A DNA stretch of 64,000 nt from Candidatus Dojkabacteria bacterium (GCA_025999215.1 AP024679.1:505924-569923); one strand, 5' to 3'. Counted from the first letter of the stretch, positions 19,443 to 28,809 are shown. Notes: generated from the sequence alone by a model not told the origin. Program-made: numbers and translations.

Positions 19443-21142
19443 TTTTCAGAATTAAAATTTAAACTTACATTTATAAATTCTACAAAGAGTGGGTGAGGTT
19501 TGTTAGGAGTTGAACGGTACTCAGGATGTCCTTGCGTGCCAACAAAAAATCTATGTTTATCTTTTGGTAATTCAATAAATTCAACAAAAAAGTTATCTAG
19601 AGACACACCAGATAAAACTAGTCCTTTACTTTCTAGTAACTCTCTATAATCATTATTAAATTCGAATCTATGTCTGTGTCTTTCTTTCACTACTAAACTT
19701 CCATCACTAAGCTTTTTTTCATAAAATTTAGCTTTTACATAAATTTTTGACACAACACTGTTTGGTTTAAGTTTACATTCAAAAGTTCCTAGTCTCATTG
19801 AAGTTCCATCACCCTTGATTACTTGATATTTTTGGTCAAAAGGTATTGAGTGAATTATTAAGTTTTTGGAATTGGGGTTAATTTCTTCAGTATCTGCATC
19901 AGTGATTTGCGCTACATTTCTTGCAAATTCTATACATGCCAATTGCATGCCATAGCACAAGCCTAGATAAGGAATATTATTTTCTCTTGCGAATTTAATA
20001 GCTTTAATTTTACCGGGTACACCCCTAGCTCCCCAGCCAATTGGAACAACTACTCCATCGGTATCAACGAGAAGTTTTTCAATTTCATTCTCATTTTTTT
20101 CTGAATTTATAAACTTAAAATCAATAGAAATATTGTTAGCTACAGCTCCATGTTTTAATGCTTCAATGAGCGCATAGTAAGAATCAAACAAATTTGAGTC
20201 TCCAGTTCCAAAATATTTTCCAACAATTGAAATTTTAACTTTTTTCAGACTTTTATTAGTTCTAATACTTACAAATTTTTTCCATTCTGAAATATCAATT
20301 TTTGGTTTGCTTGGTAGATCAAAATACTCCAAAATTTTTTTATCAAGCTTTTGTGAATGCAAATGAATGGGTACTCTATGGACATCATCTAAATTTTCAT
20401 TTGAAATTATGTGCTCTTTTGGAATGTGAAATTTAAGAGCAAATTTATATTTTCTTCTATCATCTATTGGAATTTCGCTTCTTACAATTAAAAAATTTGG
20501 GAAAATACCCATAGTCATAAGATGCTTAATTCCAAATTGTGCTGGCTTAGTTTTTGGTTCTCCAATGTGGGGCGGAACAGGAACATATGTTACATGAATA
20601 TTGGCAACTTTTTGTTTGAGTCCTAGTATTCTGGCTGCTTCATAGTACAAACCGTTATTGTTTTCATATTCTCCAACTGTTCCACCTAGTTCAACAACTA
20701 AAAAATCGGCTTTAGTTTTTTGATAAGCTTGATCAAATCTTTCAATAATTTCATTTACAATGTGCGGAATGGGTTCTACATCTTCTCCATTGTATTTCAT
20801 ACTTCTTTCCTTTTTAATTACATCAAGGTACAACTGCCCCATTGTCATAAAGTTGGCAAACCCTACTTCTTGATCTAAAAATCTTTCGTAATTGCCCAAA
20901 TCCATATCTCCCTCAAGACCATCTGCGCACAAAAAAGGATCGCCATGCTCAATTGGGTTAATTGTTCCAAAATCCCAGTTTAAATTGTTTTCACATTTTA
21001 TTGGGCAAACTTTGTATCCATGTTTTTTAAGAAGGAGAGAGATTGAAGCGGCTGTTACCCCCTTGCCCAAAGCACTTATTACTCCACCAGATACAAAAAT
21101 GTAGTAAGGTTTTTTACTTTTCAACAAAAAATTTTTAAACAA
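19439..21142 (-). CDS. pyrG: CTP synthase
   Basis: SGGVISALGKG, DLGNYERF, GGTVG, KTKP, GLCYGMQ, ERHRHR and HPE motifs. Confidence 0.95.
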   Translation of the reverse strand: MFKNFLLKSKKPYYIFVSGGVISALGKGVTAASISLLLKKHGYKVCPIKCENNLNWDFGTINPIEHGDPFLCADGLEGDMDLGNYERFLDQEVGFANFMTMGQLYLDVIKKERSMKYNGEDVEPIPHIVNEIIERFDQAYQKTKADFLVVELGGTVGEYENNNGLYYEAARILGLKQKVANIHVTYVPVPPHIGEPKTKPAQFGIKHLMTMGIFPNFLIVRSEIPIDDRRKYKFALKFHIPKEHIISNENLDDVHRVPIHLHSQKLDKKILEYFDLPSKPKIDISEWKKFVSIRTNKSLKKVKISIVGKYFGTGDSNLFDSYYALIEALKHGAVANNISIDFKFINSEKNENEIEKLLVDTDGVVVPIGWGARGVPGKIKAIKFARENNIPYLGLCYGMQLACIEFARNVAQITDADTEEINPNSKNLIIHSIPFDQKYQVIKGDGTSMRLGTFECKLKPNSVVSKIYVKAKFYEKKLSDGSLVVKERHRHRFEFNNDYRELLESKGLVLSGVSLDNFFVEFIELPKDKHRFFVGTQGHPEYRSTPNKPHPLFVEFINVSLNFNSEK

Positions 21143-21159
21143 CTAAATAATAATTTTTA

Positions 21160-21852
21160 TTAATTTTTTTGTAAAGTTTTTTTTAATCTTTTTTTAACTT
21201 CCTCTATGTCACTGCTCCACTGATGAGTTTGCTCATCCCACCACTCTACCCCTGGAATTTGTAACTTGTATTTTGACTGTTCACTCACAATTGATCCCAT
21301 GTAAAAATATTTTAACCCAGCGCTCTGAGCCCATAAAATACTTTTTAGTTTCATTCCAAAACCTAGACTTTTCATTTTTTGATGAGCATAATTTAAATCG
21401 TAAAAAGGGTAAGAATAATGTACAATTTGAGAGTTAATGTAGCAAATACAATAACCGACCGGTTCTATCACATCGTTAACTTGAGCTATTACAACATGAT
21501 CAAAATTATTTTTTTCTGGGTTACAGAAAATTGTTCTAATTTTTGAAGCAGAAAATGTACCTTCTCCTCCTTGAAAATTATAAAATTCTTTTGCCATTTT
21601 ATGAATTTTCCAACTATATTTTGGAAGAGGAAGTTTCTTTATTTCTATTTTTAAATCGTTTGTTTGACGTAATACCCTTTTATTTTTTGATTTAGGTGAA
21701 AACTTTTCAAGGTCAACCCTTATTGATCTTGTTTGTTGCATAATTCCCTTATCTATTCTGGTGAATACATAACCTGAGTTGTAAAGCTTGTTGATATTTT
21801 CTTCACTAAAATCTGTAACTCTAATTTCTGAAAGATTAAGGTAATAACTCAT
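21160..21852 (-). CDS. Aminoacyl-tRNA--protein transferase-like GNAT protein (ATE_C/Bpt-like)
   Basis: GYVFTR...SIRVDL, YPFYD, SLG...L..I.WA...GLKYFYMG and YK pattern. Confidence 0.6.
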   Translation of the reverse strand: MSYYLNLSEIRVTDFSEENINKLYNSGYVFTRIDKGIMQQTRSIRVDLEKFSPKSKNKRVLRQTNDLKIEIKKLPLPKYSWKIHKMAKEFYNFQGGEGTFSASKIRTIFCNPEKNNFDHVVIAQVNDVIEPVGYCICYINSQIVHYSYPFYDLNYAHQKMKSLGFGMKLKSILWAQSAGLKYFYMGSIVSEQSKYKLQIPGVEWWDEQTHQWSSDIEEVKKRLKKTLQKN

Positions 21853-21881
21853 GTTAAGAGTATAGCAAAAAACTGTAATTT

Positions 21882-22922
21882 ATGTTACAATACGACATTT
21901 TAATTTTGCATATGAACAATCTTGAGTGTCCATATCATGCAAATAATGAACCAACTGTTGAGCTTAATTGGAGAGTTCTTGGGCCTGTAGACTTTGAAAA
22001 TTTTACAACTATAGTAACAATAAAAAAAAATTCTGAATTAGTAGAGATAAATATACCGTACAGAGAATTATTTCCAAACTTACCCGACGAAGAGATTTTA
22101 AAATTACATTTCTTAGTTCTGTTTAGGATGGTAAATCCTTCAGATTTTTTGAATTTTTTAACAGAAGTAAGTAAATATTCAAATAAAGGTTTAGGTTTTA
22201 CAACCATTATAGATATATTGGGTTACCAAATGAATCAAGAAGATAAAAATAAATTAAAAAATTTTTTGATTGTTTCTTCAAATCTCAAAATCGGATTACT
22301 CGCAGATAAAATATTAAAAAGCAAATCTGACGAAATTTTTAGCTGGGCATTTATTCAGAAAACTGAAGATTTAGATTCAATTCTTCAATATGCAAATGAT
22401 GTCTTCAGAATGTATTTCAAATTGAGGAATAGTATTTTATCTTTTGCAATACAAATATTACCTGAATATTTGACACAAAATATAACACGTCAAGTTGAAA
22501 CTTGTATGGATTATATAAAAAGAATAACTTATAGTGAAAGTGGTGAACTTAACGAACTTCTAAATTTTTGCCACGATAATAATCTTGAAATATCTAAAGG
22601 AACTTTAATGGAAGAAATAAGAAGTGGTTTAAGTTTTTTAACAGCTATGTGTACAGAATTTATAAATCATATTCATAGCCATAATAATGAAAACCTTGAT
22701 CCTGTTGAAATGTTTTGTGATATGATTAAAAAAAATTTAGTTTTAACAACCACGTCTGAAATATCCAACCAAACATTAACTATTGTCAAACATTTTAATC
22801 TAAAATATTCTGTGCAGAGGTATTCTAAAGTTGATAATAATGCTTTTGTTATCAAACTGAATAATGAGCCAGCCCTTTTTATTTTACGACCAGGCATATG
22901 CCCCTTTTTTGTAAATAATTAA
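21882..22922 (+). CDS. Hypothetical protein
   Basis: Long ORF; no recognised motif; CPY near the N-terminus and CPF at the C-terminus. Confidence 0.6.
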   Translation: MLQYDILILHMNNLECPYHANNEPTVELNWRVLGPVDFENFTTIVTIKKNSELVEINIPYRELFPNLPDEEILKLHFLVLFRMVNPSDFLNFLTEVSKYSNKGLGFTTIIDILGYQMNQEDKNKLKNFLIVSSNLKIGLLADKILKSKSDEIFSWAFIQKTEDLDSILQYANDVFRMYFKLRNSILSFAIQILPEYLTQNITRQVETCMDYIKRITYSESGELNELLNFCHDNNLEISKGTLMEEIRSGLSFLTAMCTEFINHIHSHNNENLDPVEMFCDMIKKNLVLTTTSEISNQTLTIVKHFNLKYSVQRYSKVDNNAFVIKLNNEPALFILRPGICPFFVNN

Positions 22923-23149
22923 ATAGTTGTATCATTAATTATTTTCTCCAAATATTCCAACATTTCTTCAAAAAAAGGCCCTTCAATTCCGTGTAAACGC
23001 GCGCCTTCTTCTAACGTATCGAATTCAGCAAAAATGCAACTAGCACAGTGAAAGCCAAACTCCTCCAGTAAAATTTGTTCTAGCTTTGGAAACTTTTCAA
23101 GAAGTTCGGGGATAGAAATTTGTGGATCAATTTTAATTTTTTTTGACAT
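22919..23149 (-). CDS. DUF1858 (hybrid-cluster-associated redox disulfide domain) protein
   Basis: GFHCASC...TLEEGARLHGI; likely start at 23149 (MSKK), just after a -10 box. Confidence 0.8.
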   Translation of the reverse strand: MSKKIKIDPQISIPELLEKFPKLEQILLEEFGFHCASCIFAEFDTLEEGARLHGIEGPFFEEMLEYLEKIINDTTI

Positions 23150-23187
23150 ATTAAATTTTAACATTTTTTTTGAAAGTATTTTTCAGT

Positions 23188-23691
23188 CTAGTGCTCAAAG
23201 TTAGTCCTATTTGTGATTAAAGATTTCAATTTTCCAAGAAATATCGGTTCTAAATAAAAAGTTAAATAGATTTCTAAAAAATTTAGTGGGACTTGTGATT
23301 TTAATAAATTGTTAAGAATCGTAGCATAAATAGTTTTTAAAGACGTTAAATTATCAAAATCATATTGAATTAAGTTTTCAATTAATTTTTTTGTATAGGC
23401 ATCGGTTATCATATTTTCTACTGTTTGAATTATTTCAGAAACATTTAATTCTGTAAGGTTTTTAGTTTCCGCAAAAACACCAGAATTATTTACAGTAATT
23501 ATTTTTAAATGTAATTGGTAAATGAAGTATAACATTTGAAAATTTTGTAAATCATATCCAACTATGTTTCTTAATTTTTCATATTCTTCATTAAGTTCAT
23601 GGATTGAATTAAATTTATCAATTAAAAATTGATGAATTAAATTATTTGGGTCAAAATGAGGTACGTCTTTGTAGTTGATTTTTTCAGCCAT
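23188..23691 (-). CDS. Hypothetical protein
   Basis: ORF only. Confidence 0.55.
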   Translation of the reverse strand: MAEKINYKDVPHFDPNNLIHQFLIDKFNSIHELNEEYEKLRNIVGYDLQNFQMLYFIYQLHLKIITVNNSGVFAETKNLTELNVSEIIQTVENMITDAYTKKLIENLIQYDFDNLTSLKTIYATILNNLLKSQVPLNFLEIYLTFYLEPIFLGKLKSLITNRTNFEH

Positions 23692-23737
23692 TTATAGATT
23701 ATTTGATTATAAAACGTAATTATTAAAAAATCTAAAT

Positions 23738-24307
23738 ATGAAAAAGAAAATTTTAAGAAAAATTTATAGACAAAAAAGACTTTTATTGAGAAACAATGAA
23801 ATTAGAGATAAATCAATAAAGATATTTGAAAATTTGTTTAATTTAGCTCTCATTACAAAAGGTTCAGTTGTGCATGTGTTTATTCCTATCAAAAAATTAA
23901 ATGAAGTAGATACTTGGATATTTATTAATTATGTTTGGAATTCAAATTTGGATTTGACAATTGTTACATCAAGTGTCAATTATGAAAATTTACAAATTTC
24001 TTACTTTAAATTAACTGGGTTTAACATTTTAAGAGAAAATAAATTTGGAATTTTGGAGCCTGTTTCGGGGATACAAATTAGTCCTCAAGACATAAATTTT
24101 ATAGTTGTGCCTATGTTGATTTGTGATAAGTTGGGTAATAGGGTTGGATATGGAAAAGGAATTTATGACAGAATTCTAGCAGAATGTACAAATGCTAAAA
24201 GAGTTGGTATTAATTTTTTTGAACCTATAGATAAGGTGCAAGGGGTTACTCAGTTTGATGTGAAATTGGATTATTGTGTTACACCTCAAAAAGTTTATAA
24301 ATTTTAG
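23738..24307 (+). CDS. 5-formyltetrahydrofolate cyclo-ligase
   Basis: NEVDT, FGILEP, VVP...D..GNRVGYGKGIYDR and DVKLD motifs. Confidence 0.92.
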   Translation: MKKKILRKIYRQKRLLLRNNEIRDKSIKIFENLFNLALITKGSVVHVFIPIKKLNEVDTWIFINYVWNSNLDLTIVTSSVNYENLQISYFKLTGFNILRENKFGILEPVSGIQISPQDINFIVVPMLICDKLGNRVGYGKGIYDRILAECTNAKRVGINFFEPIDKVQGVTQFDVKLDYCVTPQKVYKF

Positions 24308-24327
24308 AAAATTTACCTGAAAGACTC

Positions 24328-24953
24328 TTATTTGTTAAAAAAGTGTTTTTCAAGATTTTGAAGAATAAATTCATAAAATTCACTTAGAAAAGGATTCCAT
24401 TCCATATACTTCATTTTACTTTTTTTCTTGAGAGATATTATTTCCTTTGGTTTAATTCCTAGTTTGTTTTGATACCTAGTTATGGATTCTTTGGGCTCTA
24501 AACTTAACTCCCAAAGGTCGGGAGCCATTTTATCTATAGATTTTGCAAATTTACCGCTATTACTTTTTTGATTTTCAACATCTTCATAAAACGGGTGATA
24601 AACTGGATCTAAAAGTTTTAATGCGTGTTCATATTCTTCCTGTGAATCATCGTCACTTTTTAAATATGTGAAAGTATCTCCTGTTACTAATTCGCCAATA
24701 TCATGAATTGCAAGCATTGTTAGTGTTTTTCCTATATCAACACTTGAATCATCAAGAAATGGGTAAATTTTGGTTGCAATGATCGGTAAGTGCCCTACAT
24801 GCTCCAATAAACTTTCTCTAATTCTTACAGTCGTCTAAATTTGATGTTTTATTTAACAAAAATTTTTGAGGTTGAATCGTTTGTCTGTATGTGAGAGGAA
24901 TACCTTTCCTGTAAATAAATTAACTCTTCCAGAAGCTTTTTGTATTTTTTCAT
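24328..24953 (-). CDS. HD-domain hydrolase (YfbR/HD_3-like), 5' part frameshifted
   Basis: RESLLEH, AIHDIGELVTGD and AKSIDK motifs; upstream ATG at 24953 is out of frame with ORF 24328..24807. Confidence 0.75.
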
Positions 24954-25013
24954 TTAAAAGATTATAGCATTAATTTTGGAAAATTTGAAAAATATATTAT
25001 AATTGTCGAGAGT

Positions 25014-25089
25014 GGCCCTATCGTCTAGCGGTCTAGGACGCCAGGTTTTCATCCTGGTAACCGGGGTTCGAGTCCCCGTAGGGTCACCA
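25014..25089 (+). tRNA. tRNA-Glu(TTC)
   Basis: GGCCCTA...GGTTCGAGTCCC...TAGGGTCACCA; anticodon arm CCAGG-TTTTCAT-CCTGG; TATAAT at 24998-25003. Confidence 0.95.
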
Positions 25090-25675
25090 TCTGTAAATCA
25101 GTCGATTTTTTCTGCCTCTAAATCCTTCAAAACACTGAATATGTAAGCAATCTCAGGGGTTCGATATTTGCCATTTTCCCACATAACACCTTTTGGAATG
25201 CAAAGTTCGCGCAAAGTTGCTTATTTCTTGTACTGAAGCTGCGATACTGGGGTCGATATTAGCTAAAAATAGTTCAGCTTGAGTTAATAATACTTCTAGT
25301 TTATTCTTATCGATCTTATTTTCGTTCTCAACCAATTGAGCTACTAGTTATCTCGTTTCGTAAGTTTTGCGATCTCCACCTCGTATTCCTCTAGTGTTAT
25401 TTCACCTCGTCTCTTCATCCTGATGGTTTCGCTCTTTTCGAATTCTAAGGCTTTCTACTTTTTCCTTAGCAAGTCTGTATACCTCTTTTCATAATCAGAA
25501 TGGTCCTCTTCCCATGCCTTTAGTACTTCGTCTTTAAATATATCTACATACTCTTTAGAAGGTGTGATATTCCCAATAAGTTTTTCAAATTCTTTTTCCA
25601 TTTTTTGTTTTGGATGAGATTTTTTCTTTGCGTTATACTCTCCTTTATAACAATATAGTATGGATCTTTCTTCTA
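25049..25675 (-). pseudogene. Degraded C-terminal half of a large serine recombinase (zinc-ribbon/coiled-coil region) overlapping the tRNA-Glu 3' half
   Basis: Frame-hopping translation gives PYY.CYKG, MEKEFEKLIGNITPS, a coiled coil, PKGVMWENGKYRTPEIAYIF and MVTLRGLEPRLPG* (stop at 25049-25051); internal stops and shifts. Confidence 0.65.
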
Positions 25676-25679
25676 ATCA

Positions 25680-25824
25680 CCCTCTTTCAATGACTCAGGG
25701 AGATCAAACATTTGTCTTTTAAGTTTAAATTTACTATGTACTCCTTTGCACCTACTTCTTGTAGTTTATTGAAGAATTCATCTGTATTTATATTTGTAAA
25801 TCTTCTTTCCATTTCTTTTGCCAT
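25680..25824 (-). pseudogene. N-terminal remnant of a CYTH-superfamily protein
   Basis: MAKEMERRFTNINTDEFFNKLQEVGAKE (ExE start motif), frameshift, KFKLKRQMFDLP, then truncated. Confidence 0.55.
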
Positions 25825-25910
25825 TTGAGGTTGATAAAAGTTTGGGATGACTTCTAATTGTCTTTATAAGATTTTTAGAAGTCCTATCTGAGGACACTTA
25901 ACGATTAACT

Positions 25911-26489
25911 TTAGAACTGGATTTTACTTAGTTCAGCTAATGTAGCCACTTTTGCGACTTGTCGTAATGCGGACTGATGATCTTCATCATTAGCCGCTGC
26001 AGAAGCGTCAGTAACTACGGTAACTTGAAAATCCATATCATGAGCGTCAAGGACGGCAGAGGCAACAGCAAGGTCAGTAGCAACACCAGCAATATATAAC
26101 TGCGTCACTCCCATCTCACTAAGCTTTCTCGCAAATTCAGGATTACTAAATGCACTCACACGGTGTTTAGGCATATGGATATCGCTATCCTGAGCCGCAA
26201 CGTCTTCATGCATTTGAGTTGCCCAGGTACCTTCGGTCAAGGCACCGAATTTCTTCGCTGCACCAAATAGTGGAGAAGTTTCTCCTGGCCAGTTAGAGTA
26301 ATCAGCGTCAAACTGAACTGCTACCCAAATTACTGGGATGCCCATATTTCGTGCTTGCTCTGTTAAAGTCTTCACCTTTGCCAAAGTACCATGACTATTG
26401 ACAAAATCGGCGTATCCTTTTCCAGAGAGTTTACCATCGGGGTGTACGATTTCGTTGATGAAATCAATACAGACTATTGCTTTTTCCAT
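25911..26489 (-). CDS. Isochorismatase-family (cysteine hydrolase fold) protein
   Basis: CIDFIN, GTW, KHRVSAF and AGVATDLAV...DAHD motifs; SD GGAG upstream. Confidence 0.88.
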   Translation of the reverse strand: MEKAIVCIDFINEIVHPDGKLSGKGYADFVNSHGTLAKVKTLTEQARNMGIPVIWVAVQFDADYSNWPGETSPLFGAAKKFGALTEGTWATQMHEDVAAQDSDIHMPKHRVSAFSNPEFARKLSEMGVTQLYIAGVATDLAVASAVLDAHDMDFQVTVVTDASAAANDEDHQSALRQVAKVATLAELSKIQF

Positions 26490-26675
26490 CTTATGTCTCC
26501 TGACTAATATGTTAAGTAAGGCTTAAGAGAAATTCTACGAATTCCTCTTCCGTGTCTAGCAGTGGCTCCGGACTAAACTGTTTCAGATAGCTAGTAGGAT
26601 GATATCCATATCCAACTGCGCCAACTGGTATAGGCACGTCCCTACAGTATAACACATCACTCACTAAATCTCCAA
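26490..26675 (-). promoter_or_regulatory. Promoter and about 150-nt structured 5' leader of the isochorismatase-family gene
   Basis: TTGGAG-N18-TATACT with TG extension (26646-26675); hairpin AAGAGGAATTC-GTA-GAATTTCTCTT (26525-26549); CTAGC/GCTAG stem enclosing CT-GAAAC-AG. Confidence 0.45.
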
Positions 26676-26906
26676 TGTAAATTGCTTCCTAGTGTTGCTG
26701 ATTTCTTATTGTAAGAAATAAGAGAAAAGATGTTATTGTGTTTGACAGCGATGATCGATTAAAGAAAATTTATCATGAGAAGAGGCAGTTTGTTGTTTAT
26801 GATCTGGAAATAGGTCTACATAGCAGTACAAATAATCAAGCAGCAAGGAATTTATTTAGCCAGACGTTTGTGTTACAATGAAAATTAAATTTTAATAATT
26901 TAAAAC

Positions 26907-27506
26907 ATGATCGAGAAAGAAATACGAGGGTTTATTGAAAAAGGTGAATTCGAGTTCACTATTGAGAAATTTACGGCTTTGTTGGGAAGTCCCAAAATAT
27001 CAAAAAGAGTTTCATTAGCAATTGCAGACTATGATAATTTAACACTAGAGACGAAAATTAGGATTACTAATGGTAAAGTAGAAATTGTACAAAAAGTTGG
27101 AGAATTTACTGCAACAGACAGGCAAGAAATTACCATTAAGTTAGAAAATCTCAACAGTAAGGCACTGGTAGACCTTTTTAGGACTTACAAAAACTTTCTA
27201 AAAGACAAAAAGAATCCAATGCTAACTCTTATACAGCACGAAAATTATGTATTCAATAATGATAGATTTGAGGTAAAACTTTTTAGGCAATTTGGGAATG
27301 ATGAGTTTTTCGCATTTGAGGTAGAAGCTTTAATTGAAATGGAAGATTCAGAGTTAGAAAAATTTTGTAAAGAGAATGGACTAATAGTTGATCCTCTATA
27401 CAATAGCTATGATTCAATTCAAGAAAGAAATTCTAAAGTAAACATTAATTTAGAAGATATTGATCCAAAGGAGCTAGAATCAATTTTAGACAAATACTTA
27501 AATTAA
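26907..27506 (+). CDS. CYTH-superfamily (triphosphate tunnel metalloenzyme-like) protein
   Basis: N-terminal ExE (EKEIR), KIR...K..., RQE and later FEVE motifs. Confidence 0.65.
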   Translation: MIEKEIRGFIEKGEFEFTIEKFTALLGSPKISKRVSLAIADYDNLTLETKIRITNGKVEIVQKVGEFTATDRQEITIKLENLNSKALVDLFRTYKNFLKDKKNPMLTLIQHENYVFNNDRFEVKLFRQFGNDEFFAFEVEALIEMEDSELEKFCKENGLIVDPLYNSYDSIQERNSKVNINLEDIDPKELESILDKYLN

Positions 27507-27709
27507 ATAAGGCAAAAAATTAAAGTAGAAAAATCTCTTTTTCAAGGCAGTTGTTCGTGTATGTTATGACATGACGAATATTTGAGGTAGTATATTTGGT
27601 GGAACGGCCATGTTTGGCTTTGAGTTGCATATACTGTAAGTATTTAAGGTATCAGCTTTTTGTGTCCTGTTGGCGTGTAATGCTTACACAAAATTACATC
27701 CTATAACTA

Positions 27710-27942
27710 TTGATTTTTGGGATATTAATTGATATAATTTACTAGTATTTGAAATAGTAAAACGGCGGTATTGTATGGCTCGTTTTTGCCTTTCGAATAA
27801 AAAACTTGCTCTTTAACAACTTGTGGAAATTACCTCTATTAAGTGGGTAGCTTTGTGGTCATTTCAAGTGACTAGAAAGCTATCCACTTTAGGATAGTTT
27901 AGTCAATTTTCGGATAGTTTATCCAATTGGAGGTAATGTGAT
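27710..27942 (+). promoter_or_regulatory. Promoter, boxA-like element, long hairpin and SD leader (unit 1)
   Basis: TTGATT-N17-TATAAT (27710-27738); TGCTCTTTAACA (27807-27818); hairpin 27841-27889; GGAGGT before ATG 27943. Confidence 0.65.
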
Positions 27943-28542
27943 ATGCATAAGAATGCTCCGAGAAAAGACAATCCTTTATGCCTGTTGTTGAGAGCTATTA
28001 TGATTGGCTCGTCAAGTGAAGCAATTTGGGGTCAGGAAGCCGACGGACAATCGTCCGTAGTTGGTAGCGATACCTTCTTACCCACCAAGATGCTGGGTAA
28101 CGCAAAGGAAGTCTTGGAAGCCGCTGGCGTTCAGTTCCTCGGCATCGTTGAAGACGACCCGATGTTCCGGTATGTGGTACTGCCCAAAGGCTGGCAGATA
28201 GTAGCCACTGATCACCCAATGTGGTCAAACCTTGTCGATAACAAGGGGCGCACGCGTGCTATCATCTTCTTCAAAGCGACGCCCTACGACCGCAGAGCGC
28301 ACGTCAGTGTTAACCGGCGCTTTGATGTTGGTATCGACTACAAAAAGCTGGACGAGGGTGTTGCGGAAGCTATCGTCACCGATTGCGATAAAGAAATTTT
28401 CCGCTCTGTTGGTGTCGAATTTGACCCCGAAGGCGATTATGACCTGCGTTGTGCCGCACAGGACGAAGCAATCACCGTAGCCCGGCAATGGCTTATCATG
28501 CGTTACCCGGACTGGGAAAACCCCGCCGCTTACTGGGATTAG
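27943..28542 (+). CDS. Conserved hypothetical protein, probably phage/MGE-associated, GC-richer than the host genes
   Basis: Strong SD; LPxGW...TDHxMWSxLVDxxGRxRAxIFxKAxxYDRxA and YPDWxNPxAYWD pattern, recalled from phage hypothetical proteins (not searched). Confidence 0.75.
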   Translation: MHKNAPRKDNPLCLLLRAIMIGSSSEAIWGQEADGQSSVVGSDTFLPTKMLGNAKEVLEAAGVQFLGIVEDDPMFRYVVLPKGWQIVATDHPMWSNLVDNKGRTRAIIFFKATPYDRRAHVSVNRRFDVGIDYKKLDEGVAEAIVTDCDKEIFRSVGVEFDPEGDYDLRCAAQDEAITVARQWLIMRYPDWENPAAYWD

Positions 28543-28577
28543 GAGCAATCCGAACATCCCGTAAGTATAAAGAGCAA

Positions 28578-28610
28578 GAACTGACCCTCGGTGACCCCGA
28601 GTGTCAGTTC
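28578..28610 (+). terminator. GC-rich hairpin after 27943..28542 (terminator or 3' stabiliser)
   Basis: GAACTGAC.CTCGG...CCGAG.GTCAGTTC; weak U-tract. Confidence 0.5.
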
Positions 28611-28647
28611 GTATTCCCATTAAAACAATTTGCATATAGGACTTAAA

Positions 28648-28809
28648 TGATATAATTAGTTGTATTTGTTATACCGAATAAGGCTCTTTAACATCTGCTA
28701 TTAGCAGAGAGCAAGCCAGGCATTAAGCCTCCTCAATTCGAGGAAAAGCGTGGTGATTGGCACAACTCTCTGTTACATCCGGTAATGCTCAAGCCTTAAG
28801 GAGGTTACA
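28648..28809 (+). promoter_or_regulatory. Extended -10 promoter, boxA-like element, long hairpin and SD leader (unit 2)
   Basis: TGATATAAT (28648-28656); GCTCTTTAACA (28683-28693); stem 28702-28711/28766-28775; AAGGAGGT before ATG 28810. Confidence 0.6.

Noticed and set aside
26555-26595. c-di-GMP-I riboswitch-like CTCCGGACTAA...GATAGC on the plus strand
   Set aside because: Lacks the GGCAAA/GCAAAG first stem and is antisense to the adjacent gene's leader.
26780-27570. Integron attC-like sites around the CYTH gene (GGCAGTT...GTT motifs)
   Set aside because: No RYYYAAC/GTTRRRY-bounded palindrome; TGTTACAAT is better explained as an extended -10 box.
28590-28597. GGTGACCC as a second att site matching the tRNA-Glu 3' end
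   Set aside because: Only 8 nt, inverted rather than direct, and lies in a hairpin loop region.
27998-28646. Alternative-frame and antisense ORFs over the GC-rich gene
   Set aside because: Shadow ORFs expected from higher GC; only 27943..28542 has a promoter and SD.
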